Shown here: piece by piece, positions 10,479 through 20,673 of the stretch
Position numbering within the stretch: position 1 is the stretch's first letter
Layout of the letters: each line of letters starts with the position of its first letter
Source of the DNA: Patescibacteria group bacterium
Lineage (GTDB): Bacteria; Patescibacteriota; JABMPQ01; JAQVVF01
Length of the DNA stretch: 64,000 nt
Direction: 5' to 3'
Assembly: GCA_041662665.1 (NCBI GenBank)
Contig: JBAZSC010000003.1
Location: 4,603 to 68,602 of the forward strand
Notes under the pieces: model-generated
Seen by the model: only the letters and a program-made list of their open reading frames with translations
The model's database searches: none
What the model was told of the DNA's origin: nothing
Position numbers and translations under genes: made by a program

Positions 10479-11309
10479 ATGCCAATTAAGACTTACAAAC
10501 CAGTAACACCATCAAGACGATATATCACGACCGTTGATTTTTCAATGTTAACTAAAAAAGAACCAGAAAAGGGTTTGATTGTTGCTTTGCAAAAACATAG
10601 TGGTAGAAATCATCGTGGTAAAATTACTGTTCGACATCGTGGTGGAGCAAGCAAGAGACAATACAGAATGATTGATTTTAGAAGATCAAATTATGATGTT
10701 GAAGGTGAAGTTAAAAGTTTAGAATATGATCCAAATAGATCTGCTTTTGTTGCATTAGTACAATATTCTGATGGTACAAAATCATATATTTTAGCTCAAG
10801 AAAATTTGAAAGTTGGAGATAAAGTTAAGAGTTCTTTGAAAAAACTTGAAGCAAATATTGGAAATAGATATCCTTTAAAATATATTCCTACAGGCACTTT
10901 TGTTTCAGAAGTTGAATTTGCGCCAAATAAAGGCGGACAAATGGTTAGAAGCGCTGGTTCTGCTGCACAGCTTTTAGCAATTGAAGGCAAGTTTGCTCAA
11001 TTGAAATTTCCTTCAGGAGAAGTAAGAAATATTTTGATTGATTCTTGTGCGACAGTTGGTAGAGTTAGCAACATTGATCATGGTAATGTTATGATTGGAA
11101 GCGCTGGAAGATCTAGAAAAATGGGAAGAAGACCAGAAGTAAGAGGTAAGGCGATGAATCCAAAAGATCATCCACATGGTGGTGGTGAAGGTAGAAATTC
11201 AATTGGTATGATTCATCCAAAGACAAGATGGGGCAAGCCAGCATTTGGTGTTAAGACTAGAAAACCTCATAAATTATCAGATAAGCTGATTTTAAGAAGA
11301 AGAAAATAA
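10479..11309 (+). CDS. rplB: 50S ribosomal protein L2
   Basis: EYDPNRSA, MNPKDHPHGGGEG. Confidence 0.99.
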   Translation: MPIKTYKPVTPSRRYITTVDFSMLTKKEPEKGLIVALQKHSGRNHRGKITVRHRGGASKRQYRMIDFRRSNYDVEGEVKSLEYDPNRSAFVALVQYSDGTKSYILAQENLKVGDKVKSSLKKLEANIGNRYPLKYIPTGTFVSEVEFAPNKGGQMVRSAGSAAQLLAIEGKFAQLKFPSGEVRNILIDSCATVGRVSNIDHGNVMIGSAGRSRKMGRRPEVRGKAMNPKDHPHGGGEGRNSIGMIHPKTRWGKPAFGVKTRKPHKLSDKLILRRRK

Positions 11310-11336
11310 TTTACAAGATACTAAGTTATATATATT

Positions 11337-11687
11337 ATGTCACGAAGTCTAAAGAAAGGTTTGTGGTGCGATCCAAAACTTTTGAAGAAATTGAAGAAAT
11401 TGAGACAAGGAGATAAGACTATTATTAAGACATGGTCTAGATCTTCAACTATTTTTCCGGAAATGGTTGGTTTTACTATCGGAGTTCACAATGGAAAGGA
11501 ACATATTCCAGTTTTTGTTACAGAAGAAATGGTTGGACATAGACTTGGTGAATTTTCACCAACAAGAAGATTTGAAGTTCATGGTGGTAGAATTGCTAAG
11601 GAAGAAGCAGCAGCAGCTCAAGCAGCTGAATCACAAAAATTAGCAGCTGCACAAGAAGGTGGCGAAAAAAAGGAAGTTAAAGAATAA
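11337..11687 (+). CDS. rpsS: 30S ribosomal protein S19
   Basis: [20 protein letters not shown]. Confidence 0.98.
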   Translation: MSRSLKKGLWCDPKLLKKLKKLRQGDKTIIKTWSRSSTIFPEMVGFTIGVHNGKEHIPVFVTEEMVGHRLGEFSPTRRFEVHGGRIAKEEAAAAQAAESQKLAAAQEGGEKKEVKE

Positions 11688-11698
11688 TTATTTTAAAT

Positions 11699-12202
11699 AT
11701 GCCAGTTAAAGCAACATTAAGACATTTACATATTGCACCAAGAAAAGCGAAATTAGTTATTGATCTAATTCGTGGTTTGGATGTTATTGATGCTGAGAAT
11801 CAATTGAGATTTTTGAATAAGAAATCTTCTGATTTAGTTTTAAAATTATTATTGTCAGCTACGAGCAATGCAATCAATAATTTTAATATGGAAAAAGATA
11901 ATCTATTTATCTCTAAAACTTTTGTTAATGAAGCACCGACTTTGAAGAGATTTCGTCCTCGAGCTTTCGGCAGAGCTTATACAATTCGAAGAAGAACAAG
12001 CCATATTGAAATAGAATTAGAAGAAAAGATTAAAGGAAAGAAAGCTAAAAAGGTTAAAAAACAAGAAGTGAAAGCAGAAGAAAAGCAAGAAAAGAAAGTT
12101 AAGACAGAAAAGAAGTGGGGCAAAAATAATGATCAGAAACGAGGATTGTTTGGAAGAAAATCAGGCGGAGGAAACAAGATTTTTCAAAGAAAGGCTATGT
12201 AG
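11699..12202 (+). CDS. rplV: 50S ribosomal protein L22 with C-terminal extension
   Basis: APRKAKLVIDLIRG, RFRPRAFGRA. Confidence 0.97.
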   Translation: MPVKATLRHLHIAPRKAKLVIDLIRGLDVIDAENQLRFLNKKSSDLVLKLLLSATSNAINNFNMEKDNLFISKTFVNEAPTLKRFRPRAFGRAYTIRRRTSHIEIELEEKIKGKKAKKVKKQEVKAEEKQEKKVKTEKKWGKNNDQKRGLFGRKSGGGNKIFQRKAM

Positions 12203-12281
12203 AAGCTGATACACGCTGATTTCTAACGCTGATGTGTATTGATTTAAAAGTTAATAATTTATATATTTTTCAAGTAAACAT

Positions 12282-12923
12282 ATGGGACATAAAATTAGTC
12301 CAATTAGTTTCAGAATAGGTGGGTTACAGACTTGGTCATCGAAGTGGTTTTCAGATAATCAGAAATACAAGAATTATTTGATTAGTGATGTAAAATTAAG
12401 AAAGATGATTTTTGAAAGATTGAAAAATGCAGCTTTATCAATAGTTGAAATTGAAAGAACAGCACAATCAATAATTTTTACATTGCATTCTTCAAGACCT
12501 GGAATTATAATTGGTCGTGGTGGAACAGAAATTGAAGATATGAAAAAAGAAATTGCAAAGAGTGTTGGTTCTGGAATCAAGATTGATATTAATATTAAGG
12601 AAATAAGAGAACCAGAAGCTGATGCTGCAACAGTTGGCGTATTGATTGCAGAACAATTGGAAAAAAGAATTTCTTTTAGAAGAGTTATAAAAAGAGCTTT
12701 AGAGAGAACAATGCAGAATAGAAATGTTAAAGGTTGCAAAATTATGGTTGCTGGAAGATTGGATGGATCAGAAATGTCTAGACGCGAATGGGTTGCAGAA
12801 GGAAAATTACCTTTGCATACATTAAGAGCTAATATCGATTTTGCTAAAAGAGTAGCACAGACAACTATGGGTGCAATCGGAGTCAAGGTTTGGATTTATA
12901 AGGGTGAAGTTTTCCAGAAATAA
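12282..12923 (+). CDS. rpsC: 30S ribosomal protein S3
   Basis: MGHKISP, RPGIIIGRGG, GVKVWIY. Confidence 0.98.
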   Translation: MGHKISPISFRIGGLQTWSSKWFSDNQKYKNYLISDVKLRKMIFERLKNAALSIVEIERTAQSIIFTLHSSRPGIIIGRGGTEIEDMKKEIAKSVGSGIKIDINIKEIREPEADAATVGVLIAEQLEKRISFRRVIKRALERTMQNRNVKGCKIMVAGRLDGSEMSRREWVAEGKLPLHTLRANIDFAKRVAQTTMGAIGVKVWIYKGEVFQK

Positions 12924-12948
12924 TTTTACATAACTTAATTTCGAATAT

Positions 12949-13356
12949 ATGTTAATGCCGAAAAAAGTAAAACATAGGAAATGGCAAAAAGGAAGCAATA
13001 AGAGAATTGAAGTTCGCGGAAGTCAATTAAGTTTTGGTATGTTTGGTTTGAAAGCTATGGAAGGAAAATGGCTGACAGCTAGACAAATTGAAGCATCAAG
13101 ACGTGCAATGACAAGATTTATTCAACGTGGTGGAAAAGTTTGGATTAGAATATTTCCTGATAAACCAGTAACTACAAAAGGAGCTGAAACTCCAATGGGT
13201 AAAGGCAAAGGTGCAGTTGATCATTTTGTTGTTTCTGTTGCGCCAGGAAAAATTTTGTTTGAAATGGATGGAGTTACGGAAAAAGTTGCTCGTGAAGCTT
13301 TGAGATTAGCAGCAAATAAATTGCCAGTTAAGACTAAATTTATAGTTGAGTTATAA
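12949..13356 (+). CDS. rplP: 50S ribosomal protein L16
   Basis: [26 protein letters not shown]. Confidence 0.98.
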   Translation: MLMPKKVKHRKWQKGSNKRIEVRGSQLSFGMFGLKAMEGKWLTARQIEASRRAMTRFIQRGGKVWIRIFPDKPVTTKGAETPMGKGKGAVDHFVVSVAPGKILFEMDGVTEKVAREALRLAANKLPVKTKFIVEL

Positions 13357-13358
13357 GT

Positions 13359-13386
13359 TAGAGACGAAGCATTGCTTCGTCTGTAC
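13359..13386. repeat. GTAG-type REP-like palindrome
   Basis: TAGAGACGAAGCATTGCTTCGTCTGTAC. Confidence 0.75.
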
Positions 13387-13408
13387 TAAAGTTTTAAAGT
13401 TTATAAAT

Positions 13409-13663
13409 ATGAAAGTTAAAGAAATTAGAGAAAAAAAGGATAAAGAGCTTGTAAAAATGTTGGCTGAAAAGAGAGAAAGCCTACGTGAAGTTAGATTTAA
13501 GATTGCTTCGAATCAGCATAAGAATGTAAAAGAGATTTCTTTATTTAAGAAAGATATTGCAAAAGTTTTAACAGTAATGAAAGAAAGATTATTGATAAGC
13601 GCTACAGATTTGACACAAATGAAAGACAAATCTCACACAGATACACAGATAAATGTTAAATAA
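13409..13663 (+). CDS. rpmC: 50S ribosomal protein L29 with repeat-derived C-terminal tail
   Basis: MKVKEIRE...LREVRF...KKDIAKVLT; operon position; start reassigned to ATG 13409. Confidence 0.9.
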   Translation: MKVKEIREKKDKELVKMLAEKRESLREVRFKIASNQHKNVKEISLFKKDIAKVLTVMKERLLISATDLTQMKDKSHTDTQINVK

Positions 13664-13685
13664 ACTGATATTAAATTTAAATATT

Positions 13686-13949
13686 ATGGAAAAAAATTTA
13701 GATAAGAAAAAAATGCCACGCCAATTGAGAGGCACAGTTGTATCTGATAAGATGGATAAAACCATTGTTGTTGAAGTTGAAAGAATTAAGGCACACCCTA
13801 TTTATAAAAAAAGATACTATATTTCCTTGAAGGTAAAGGCTCATGATTTAGATAATAAAGCTAAAGTTGGCGATGTTGTATTGATTGAACAATGCAGACC
13901 AATTAGTTCAGATAAACATTATAGATTAAAGAAAATTATCAACAGTTAA
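13686..13949 (+). CDS. rpsQ: 30S ribosomal protein S17
   Basis: GTVVSDKMDKTIVV, HPIYKK, CRPIS. Confidence 0.97.
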   Translation: MEKNLDKKKMPRQLRGTVVSDKMDKTIVVEVERIKAHPIYKKRYYISLKVKAHDLDNKAKVGDVVLIEQCRPISSDKHYRLKKIINS

Positions 13950-14016
13950 CTTTTAACAATTAACAGTTAACAGACATAGTAGTTAATTGTTAAGAGTTAA
14001 GAGTTAAGAGTTAATT
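13941..14016. repeat. Heptamer (TTAACAG / GTTAAGA) hairpin element
   Basis: AACAGTTAAC..TTAACAATTAACAGTTAAC ... GTTAATTGTTAAGAGTTAAGAGTTAAGAGTTAA; supplies rpsQ stop. Confidence 0.8.
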
Positions 14017-14382
14017 ATGATACAGACTCAAACAAAATTGAAAGTTGCTGATAACACCGGAGCAAAGATAATCCGTTGTATTAGAGTACACAGAGGATTT
14101 AAAAGAAGATACGCAAGAATTGGCGATACAATTACAGCTGTTGTATTAGATGCTATTCCTGGTGGAGTTGTGAAGAACAAAGAAGTAGTAAAAGCTGTTG
14201 TTGTTAGACAAAGTAAAGAATTGCGTCGAGAAGATGGAACATATATTAGATTTGATGAAAATGCTGCAGTTATTATTGAAGACAAAGAGCCAAGAGGTAC
14301 TAGAATTTTTGGTCCAGTAGCTCGTGAATTGAGAAAAGGTGATTTTACGAAAATTATTTCATTAGCTGTTGAGGTATTATAA
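14017..14382 (+). CDS. rplN: 50S ribosomal protein L14
   Basis: [23 protein letters not shown]. Confidence 0.98.
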   Translation: MIQTQTKLKVADNTGAKIIRCIRVHRGFKRRYARIGDTITAVVLDAIPGGVVKNKEVVKAVVVRQSKELRREDGTYIRFDENAAVIIEDKEPRGTRIFGPVARELRKGDFTKIISLAVEVL

Positions 14383-14406
14383 AGTAATTATTAATTAGGA
14401 AATCAA

Positions 14407-14715
14407 ATGACGATAAAGAAAGGCGACAATGTATTAGTAATATCTGGTAAAGACAAAGGCAAGGTTGGCAAGGTGCTTTCGGTTTTGCCAAAAAAAGGTA
14501 AAATTATTGTTGAGAATGTTAATAAGATGGCAAAGCATGCTAAATCAAAAAGGCAAGATAAGAAAGGTCAGAAAGTTCAAAAAGATATGCCGATTAATAT
14601 TTCTAATGTTTTGTTTAAATGCCCAAAATGTAATAAGGCTGTTAGAACTGGAGTGAAGATTGGTGAAGAAAAGAAAAAATTTAGAATTTGCAAGAAATGC
14701 AAGGAAACTATCTAA
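14407..14715 (+). CDS. rplX: 50S ribosomal protein L24
   Basis: KKGDNVLVISGKDKGKVG KOW motif. Confidence 0.97.
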   Translation: MTIKKGDNVLVISGKDKGKVGKVLSVLPKKGKIIVENVNKMAKHAKSKRQDKKGQKVQKDMPINISNVLFKCPKCNKAVRTGVKIGEEKKKFRICKKCKETI

Positions 14716-14752
14716 GTTATAAAGTTAATAAAGTTTTTAAAGTTATAAAGTA

Positions 14753-15445
14753 ATGACAGAACTACAAAAAAAATATAATGAGAAGATTGTGCCTTTTATG
14801 AAGGAGAAGTTTGGTTACAAAAATGTTAATGAGATCCCAAAGGTTTCTAAGATCGTTTTGAATATTGGTGCAGGAAAGACCTTGAAAGATCCAAAATTAA
14901 TTGATATAATGATTGATAATCTGAAAAGAATCAGCGGGCAGGCTCCTGTTAAGACTCGTGCTGCAAAATCAATAGCTGGATTTGGTATTAAAGAAATGCA
15001 AGTAGTTGGTTTGGCTGTAACGATGCGTGGTGCTAGAATGTATGAATTTATGAATAAGTTTGTTAATGTTGCTTTGCCTCGATTTAGAGATTTTCAAGGA
15101 TTATCTCCAGAAGCTTTTGATGGAAGAGGAAACTATAATATCGGTATCAAAGAACAGATTGTGTTTCCAGAAATAAAAGCTGACGAAATCGAAAAAGTTC
15201 ATGGATTGGAAGTGACTATTTGTACAACTGCTAATACTGATGAAGAAGGATTAGAATTATTAAAGGCTTTCGGATTCTTGTTCAGAAAACGTGGTGAAAG
15301 AGCAAAAGAAGAAGAATTAAAAGAAGTTAGCAAAAAAGAAGCAGTTATGAAGAGATACGACGCAATGAAAAAGAAGCAAACAGTAGCTGGTTCAGCACCT
15401 GCTGTTAAAGCAAAACCAGCGGTTTCAAAAAAAGAATCTAAATAA
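14753..15445 (+). CDS. rplE: 50S ribosomal protein L5 with C-terminal extension
   Basis: [24 protein letters not shown]. Confidence 0.98.
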   Translation: MTELQKKYNEKIVPFMKEKFGYKNVNEIPKVSKIVLNIGAGKTLKDPKLIDIMIDNLKRISGQAPVKTRAAKSIAGFGIKEMQVVGLAVTMRGARMYEFMNKFVNVALPRFRDFQGLSPEAFDGRGNYNIGIKEQIVFPEIKADEIEKVHGLEVTICTTANTDEEGLELLKAFGFLFRKRGERAKEEELKEVSKKEAVMKRYDAMKKKQTVAGSAPAVKAKPAVSKKESK

Positions 15446-15465
15446 ATATATTTTTAAATAATTTT

Positions 15466-15651
15466 ATGGCACGACTGGCATTAATCGCAAAAGCAAAAAA
15501 GAAACCTAAATATTCGACTCGTATTGTAAGACGATGTGAATTGTGCGGCCGAAAACATGGATATATGAGACGCTATGGAATGTGCAGAATTTGTTTTAGA
15601 GAGCTTGCTAGTAAAGGTGAAATTCCTGGAGTAAGAAAGGCATCATGGTAG
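15466..15651 (+). CDS. rpsN: 30S ribosomal protein S14, zinc-binding type
   Basis: RCELCGR...CRICFRELA...PGVRKASW. Confidence 0.97.
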   Translation: MARLALIAKAKKKPKYSTRIVRRCELCGRKHGYMRRYGMCRICFRELASKGEIPGVRKASW

Positions 15652-15694
15652 TTTTAAAGTTATAAAGTTTTTAAAGTTATAAAGTACTAAACAT

Positions 15695-16081
15695 ATGGTA
15701 GATCCTATCGCAGACATGTTAACGCAAATTAGAAATGCACAGGCTGTAAAAAAGTCTGAAATTAGTTTACCTTTTTCAAAGGTAAAACTTGCACTTGCAA
15801 AGATTTTGAAAGAAGAAGGCTATATCGTTGATTTTGCAATTTTGGAAAAAAATAAATTCTTGAAAATTGTTTTGAAATATTTAGAAAATGGACAGCCGAT
15901 AATTCAGAAAATTGAGAGAAAAAGTACACCTGGACAAAGAATTTATGTTGGTAGTAAAGAGATTAAGAAGATTCTAGGTGGCTTGGGTACATCTATTGTT
16001 TCGACATCAATGGGTATTATGACAGGAAAAGCTGCTCGAAAAAGAAATCTAGGCGGAGAATTAATTTGTGAAATATTTTAA
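15695..16081 (+). CDS. rpsH: 30S ribosomal protein S8
   Basis: DPIADMLTQIRNA, STSMGIMT, GGELIC. Confidence 0.98.
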   Translation: MVDPIADMLTQIRNAQAVKKSEISLPFSKVKLALAKILKEEGYIVDFAILEKNKFLKIVLKYLENGQPIIQKIERKSTPGQRIYVGSKEIKKILGGLGTSIVSTSMGIMTGKAARKRNLGGELICEIF

Positions 16082-16108
16082 TCGTAGCTAATTAACGCTA
16101 ATAACTAT

Positions 16109-16654
16109 ATGTCAAGAATTGGAAAATTGCCGATTCAAATTCCAGCTGGAGTTGAAGTAAAAATTGTTGATAATACTATTACTGTAAAAAAAGAAAAAAA
16201 TCAGTTACAGTTTTCTTTTAATCCAAAAGTTGATATTACTAGTGATGGTAAAGAAGTGAAAGTTGTAGTAAAAAAAGCAGTTAATCGAAATCTTTGGGGT
16301 GTTACGAGATCAATTATTAATAATATGATTATTGGAGTAACTACAGGATTTGAAAAGAAATTGGAAGTGGAAGGCGTTGGTTTTAATGTTCAAGTCAATG
16401 GTGATAAATTAGTCATGAAGTTAGGTTTTTCTCATCCGATTGAATATAAAGCACCAGAAGGTATTAAATTTGATGTCAAGAAAAATTTAATAACTGTTTC
16501 TGGAATTGATAAGCAATTAGTAGGTCAAGCTGCAGCTGAGATTAGAGAATTTAAGAAGCCTGAGCCATACAAAGGAAAAGGCATACATTATCTTGGTGAA
16601 CATATTATTAGAAAAGAAGGTAAAAAGGCTGTTGCTTCTGAAGGCGGTAAATAG
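16109..16654 (+). CDS. rplF: 50S ribosomal protein L6
   Basis: MSRIGK, LGFSHP, PEPYKGKGI. Confidence 0.98.
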   Translation: MSRIGKLPIQIPAGVEVKIVDNTITVKKEKNQLQFSFNPKVDITSDGKEVKVVVKKAVNRNLWGVTRSIINNMIIGVTTGFEKKLEVEGVGFNVQVNGDKLVMKLGFSHPIEYKAPEGIKFDVKKNLITVSGIDKQLVGQAAAEIREFKKPEPYKGKGIHYLGEHIIRKEGKKAVASEGGK

Positions 16655-16735
16655 TGCCTCACTCGAATTAATTTTCGAATGAATGCGAATTAGTTTTCAA
16701 ATAGCGTGTATAATTAATTAATTGTGGTTTAATAT

Positions 16736-17080
16736 ATGAATAAGAAATTACTTAGAACAAGAAGACATAAAAGAATAAGAGCGAGAATGAAAGGTTTTTC
16801 AACAAAGCCTAGATTAGCTGTATTTCGAAGTAATAAACATATTTATGCTCAATTAATTGATGATAATGCTGGTAAGACTTTATTGGCAGGAAAAGACTCT
16901 GAATTAAAGGATATGAAAAAGAAAAAAGGCGAAATAGCTTTTGAAGTTGGTAAATTGATTGCAAAGAAAGCGATAGAAAAAAATATTACAGAAGCTGTTT
17001 TTGATAGAGGTGGATATAAATATGCAGGACGTGTAAAATCGCTTGCGGATGGTGCAAGGAAAGGTGGACTCAAGTTCTAA
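16736..17080 (+). CDS. rplR: 50S ribosomal protein L18
   Basis: PRLAVFRSNKHIYAQ, FDRGGYKYAGRV. Confidence 0.98.
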   Translation: MNKKLLRTRRHKRIRARMKGFSTKPRLAVFRSNKHIYAQLIDDNAGKTLLAGKDSELKDMKKKKGEIAFEVGKLIAKKAIEKNITEAVFDRGGYKYAGRVKSLADGARKGGLKF

Positions 17081-17149
17081 TAACAAAATTAGAAATAACA
17101 AAATAACTAAATTGCGAATTATAAATTACTTAATTACTGAATTAAATAA

Positions 17150-17746
17150 ATGGCTAGAAATAATAGAAAATTTGGAAGAGATAAAAATGAATTTGATCAA
17201 CAATTAGTTGATATTGCTAGAGTTACTAGAATTGTTGCTGGTGGACGTCGTTTTAGATTTAGAGCAACAATTGTTATGGGTAACAAAAAAGGTATGGTAG
17301 GTATGGGAATGGGTAAAGGCGGAGATGTATCAACTGCAATTGGAAAAGCAGTAGCTATTGCAAAGAAAAATATGATTAAAGTTTCTATTGTTGATAACAC
17401 TATTCCACACGAAGTTTGGGTAAAATATTGTGGTGCAAAAGTATTTTTGAAGCCTGCGAAAGCTGGTACTGGCGTTATTGCTGGCGGAGCTGTTCGTACA
17501 GTTATGGATTTAGCTGGTATCAGAAATATTACAGCAAAGCAATATGGTTCAAATAATACTCCGAATAATGCAATGGCAACTTTGATTGCTTTAAAAGGAT
17601 TGAGAAAACCGGAAGAGATTGCAGAAGCTAGAGGTAAAAAGGTTGAAGATTTAGTTGGCAAGAAACGTGAAGAAAAGAAGGTCGAGGTTAAAGAAGTAAA
17701 GAAAGTAGCTGAAGTTAAGAAACCGGTTAAAACTGTTAAAAAATAG
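17150..17746 (+). CDS. rpsE: 30S ribosomal protein S5
   Basis: RVTRIVAGGRRFRF, GTGVIAGG. Confidence 0.98.
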   Translation: MARNNRKFGRDKNEFDQQLVDIARVTRIVAGGRRFRFRATIVMGNKKGMVGMGMGKGGDVSTAIGKAVAIAKKNMIKVSIVDNTIPHEVWVKYCGAKVFLKPAKAGTGVIAGGAVRTVMDLAGIRNITAKQYGSNNTPNNAMATLIALKGLRKPEEIAEARGKKVEDLVGKKREEKKVEVKEVKKVAEVKKPVKTVKK

Positions 17747-17830
17747 ATATTAAGATATTTGAAATTAGATATTAGATATTAGGAGATTTGAAACCTAATT
17801 ACCTAATAAACTAATACAACTAATTAACTA
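17744..17830. repeat. ATTAGAT/CTAAT tandem-unit hairpin at the position where rpmD usually lies
   Basis: (GATATTA)n ... (CTAAT)n. Confidence 0.7.
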
Positions 17831-17832
17831 CG

Positions 17833-18339
17833 ATGAAATTATACGAATTAAAACCAGCAAAAGGATCTACAAAGAAAAGAAAGATTGTTGGACGTGGAAT
17901 TGGTTCAGGTCATGGAATTTTTTCTGGAAGAGGTTGCAAAGGTCAAAAGGCTAGATCAGGTTATAGCAGACGCCCAAGTTTTGAAGGCGGTAGAACTCCT
18001 TTGTATATGCAAATTCCTAAGAAAAGAGGATTCAAGAGTTTGTCAGATAAATGTGAAATTATTAATGTTTTAAATTTGGAAAAGAATTTCAAAGATAATG
18101 ATACTATTGATAAGAAAGCCATGTCTGAAGCTGGATTAATTAAATCTGCTAAGATGCAAGTAAAGATTTTAGGTGATGGTGATTTAAAGAAAAAATTGAA
18201 TGTTTCTGCTGATTATTTTTCAAAATCTGCAAAAGAAAAAATTGAAAAAGTCGGTGGCAGTATTAAAGTTATTGAAAAGAAAAAAATTAAGACTGTTAAA
18301 GATAAAAAGACTAGATTACAAAATAAAGTAAAAAAGTAA
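17833..18339 (+). CDS. rplO: 50S ribosomal protein L15
   Basis: GRGIGSG, GQKARSG, FEGGRTPL. Confidence 0.97.
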   Translation: MKLYELKPAKGSTKKRKIVGRGIGSGHGIFSGRGCKGQKARSGYSRRPSFEGGRTPLYMQIPKKRGFKSLSDKCEIINVLNLEKNFKDNDTIDKKAMSEAGLIKSAKMQVKILGDGDLKKKLNVSADYFSKSAKEKIEKVGGSIKVIEKKKIKTVKDKKTRLQNKVKK

Positions 18340-18453
18340 AATATTGAATATTAGATATTGAGATATTTGGAAATTCGGATATTAAAAAATCGACTAGTTA
18401 TGCAAGTTGAGTTGTAAGTTTTTAAATTTTTAGTTTTTTATATTTTTATACGC

Positions 18454-19734
18454 ATGTTTGAGAAGATAGCCCAAATTTTTAAAATAAAAGAACTACGAAA
18501 GAAAATTTTTTTCGCAGTTTCTCTTTTAATTGTGTTTAGACTTGCAGCTCATATTCCAGTTCCTGGTGTTGATGCAGCTGCATTAAAAAGTTTTTTTGAA
18601 GGCAATCAAATTTTTGGTTTATTAAACATGTTTACTGGTGGTGGCATGGAAAACTTTTCAATTGTTGCGATGGGCGTTGGTCCTTACATTACATCTTCGA
18701 TTATTATGCAGCTATTAGTGATGGTTGTTCCTGCTTTGGAAAAAATGCAAAAAGAAGAAGGTGAAGATGGCAGAAGAAAAATGAATCAAATCACTAGATG
18801 GTTAACAATTCCTTTAGCTGCTTTGCAATCTTATTCAATGATTGTGTTGTTACAAAAATCAGGTCAAAATATTTTAGGTGATTTGGATCCTTTTAAATTA
18901 GTAACAATGATTGTGACATTGACTGCTGGAACGATATTTTTGATGTGGTTAGGCGAATTGATAACTGAAAAAGGAATTGGAAATGGTGTTTCATTAATTA
19001 TCTTTGCTGGTATAGTTTCAGCAATACCTATGGCACTTCAGCAAACGTTTGTAAATTTTGAGCAATCGAAGGTAATTGAACTAGTTATTTTCGCAGTTGT
19101 AGCAGTTGTGGTTATTGCTGGTATTGTTTTTATAACAGAAGGACAAAGAAATATTCCTGTTAATTATGCGAGAAGAGTTCGAGGAATGAAAATGTATGGT
19201 GGAACATCTTCACATTTGCCATTGAAAGTTAATCAAGCTGGCGTTATTCCAATCATATTTGCGATGTCATTAATGTTGTTGCCAGGCATGATTGCTAACT
19301 TTTTGGTTAATGTAAATAATGCGATGGTTAAAGATATTGCACAGAATGTTGCTGATTTATTTAATAATAATTTGTTTTACGGCGCAATATATTTTGTAAT
19401 GGTTATTTTCTTTACTTATTTTTATACTGCAGTTACTTTTGATCCAAAACAAATTTCTGAACATTTGCAAAAACAAGGTGGATTTATTCCAGGAATTAGA
19501 CCTGGTACTCATACAAGAGAATATTTGAATAAGACGATGACTAGAATTACTTTAGCTGGTTCATTTTTCTTGGGCCTTGTTGCAGTTTTGCCTTTCATAA
19601 TGAAAGCAGCATTTGATGTGCCATCATTAGTAATTGGCGGTACTGGAATTTTGATTGTCGTAAGTGTTGTAATTGAAACTGTCAGACAAATTGAATCAGA
19701 AATGGTGATGAGAGACTATGAAAGCTTCTATTGA
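18454..19734 (+). CDS. secY: Preprotein translocase subunit SecY
   Basis: HIPVPG, GVGPYITSSIIMQLL, GIGNGVSLIIF, FIPGIRPG. Confidence 0.99.
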   Translation: MFEKIAQIFKIKELRKKIFFAVSLLIVFRLAAHIPVPGVDAAALKSFFEGNQIFGLLNMFTGGGMENFSIVAMGVGPYITSSIIMQLLVMVVPALEKMQKEEGEDGRRKMNQITRWLTIPLAALQSYSMIVLLQKSGQNILGDLDPFKLVTMIVTLTAGTIFLMWLGELITEKGIGNGVSLIIFAGIVSAIPMALQQTFVNFEQSKVIELVIFAVVAVVVIAGIVFITEGQRNIPVNYARRVRGMKMYGGTSSHLPLKVNQAGVIPIIFAMSLMLLPGMIANFLVNVNNAMVKDIAQNVADLFNNNLFYGAIYFVMVIFFTYFYTAVTFDPKQISEHLQKQGGFIPGIRPGTHTREYLNKTMTRITLAGSFFLGLVAVLPFIMKAAFDVPSLVIGGTGILIVVSVVIETVRQIESEMVMRDYESFY

Positions 19735-19890
19735 TTTCTCTAAATTAAAAATTTTGCAATCCAAAATTTTTAATCTCTAATACGACTAATGAATCTCTAA
19801 TATTTTTAAATAATGAAGGTGGAAGCCTTCTTTTTTCTTGTCTATTTTTTTTGGGAATGCTATATTAGAAGTGAAGTTAATTATAATTTT

Positions 19891-20223
19891 ATGAGTAAAC
19901 AAAAAAAGTTAAAAGAACTAGAAGTGATTACAAAAAGAATTGTTAAGAATTATGCTCCTGAAAAGATTATTCTTTTTGGATCGTATGCTTGGGGTAAGCC
20001 GACAGAAGACAGCGATTTTGATTTAATGATTATAAAAAAGAATAAAAAAAGTGGTAAGGAAGGATTTTTTGAGGAAAATATGAAAGTGAGAGATATAATT
20101 GATGGTGAATTAGCGATTGATGTTTTAATACATACGCCAGAAGAAATTAAAAAAAGGTTGGACATGGGGGATTTCTTTTATGACAATATAATAAAAAAGG
20201 GAAAATATCTTTATGAAAAGTGA
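19891..20223 (+). CDS. Minimal nucleotidyltransferase (MNT)
   Basis: ILFGSYAWG...DSDFDL; start reassigned to ATG 19891. Confidence 0.9.
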   Translation: MSKQKKLKELEVITKRIVKNYAPEKIILFGSYAWGKPTEDSDFDLMIIKKNKKSGKEGFFEENMKVRDIIDGELAIDVLIHTPEEIKKRLDMGDFFYDNIIKKGKYLYEK

Positions 20224-20614
20224 TAGGAAAGATAAAGAAAAATTATTTCCAGAATGGTTTAGAAAAGCTGAAGAAGATGAACTTTCGGCTAGAGATATTT
20301 TGAATGATCAGGAAGGAGCACCGAGTACGGTTTGTTTTCTGAGTCAACAAATTGCTGAAAAATGTTTGAAAGGATATTTGGTTTATAAGAAAAATGAATT
20401 TCCTAGGATTCATCTTTTGGATAAATTAATAAATTTATGTCGGGAGATTGATCGAAGTTTTGATGATATAATGAAAGAAGCTAAGTTTTTGAGTGATTTT
20501 TATGTTGCAACCCGTTATCCAGGTGATTTTCCTGATTTTGATTTTAAAGATGCAGAGAAGGCTTTTGAAGCAGCTTTAAAGATTAAGAATTTTGTTTTGA
20601 AAAGGATTAAATAA
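20213..20614 (+). CDS. HEPN domain protein (MNT-HEPN pair)
   Basis: W..KAEED, CFLSQQIAEKCLKG, H.L..L, TRYP; overlaps MNT. Confidence 0.9.
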   Translation: MKSDRKDKEKLFPEWFRKAEEDELSARDILNDQEGAPSTVCFLSQQIAEKCLKGYLVYKKNEFPRIHLLDKLINLCREIDRSFDDIMKEAKFLSDFYVATRYPGDFPDFDFKDAEKAFEAALKIKNFVLKRIK

Positions 20615-20673
20615 TTTAGATAATAATATACTGAAGGTTTTAATACCTTCTTTTTTAAGAATAAGAATTTTTT

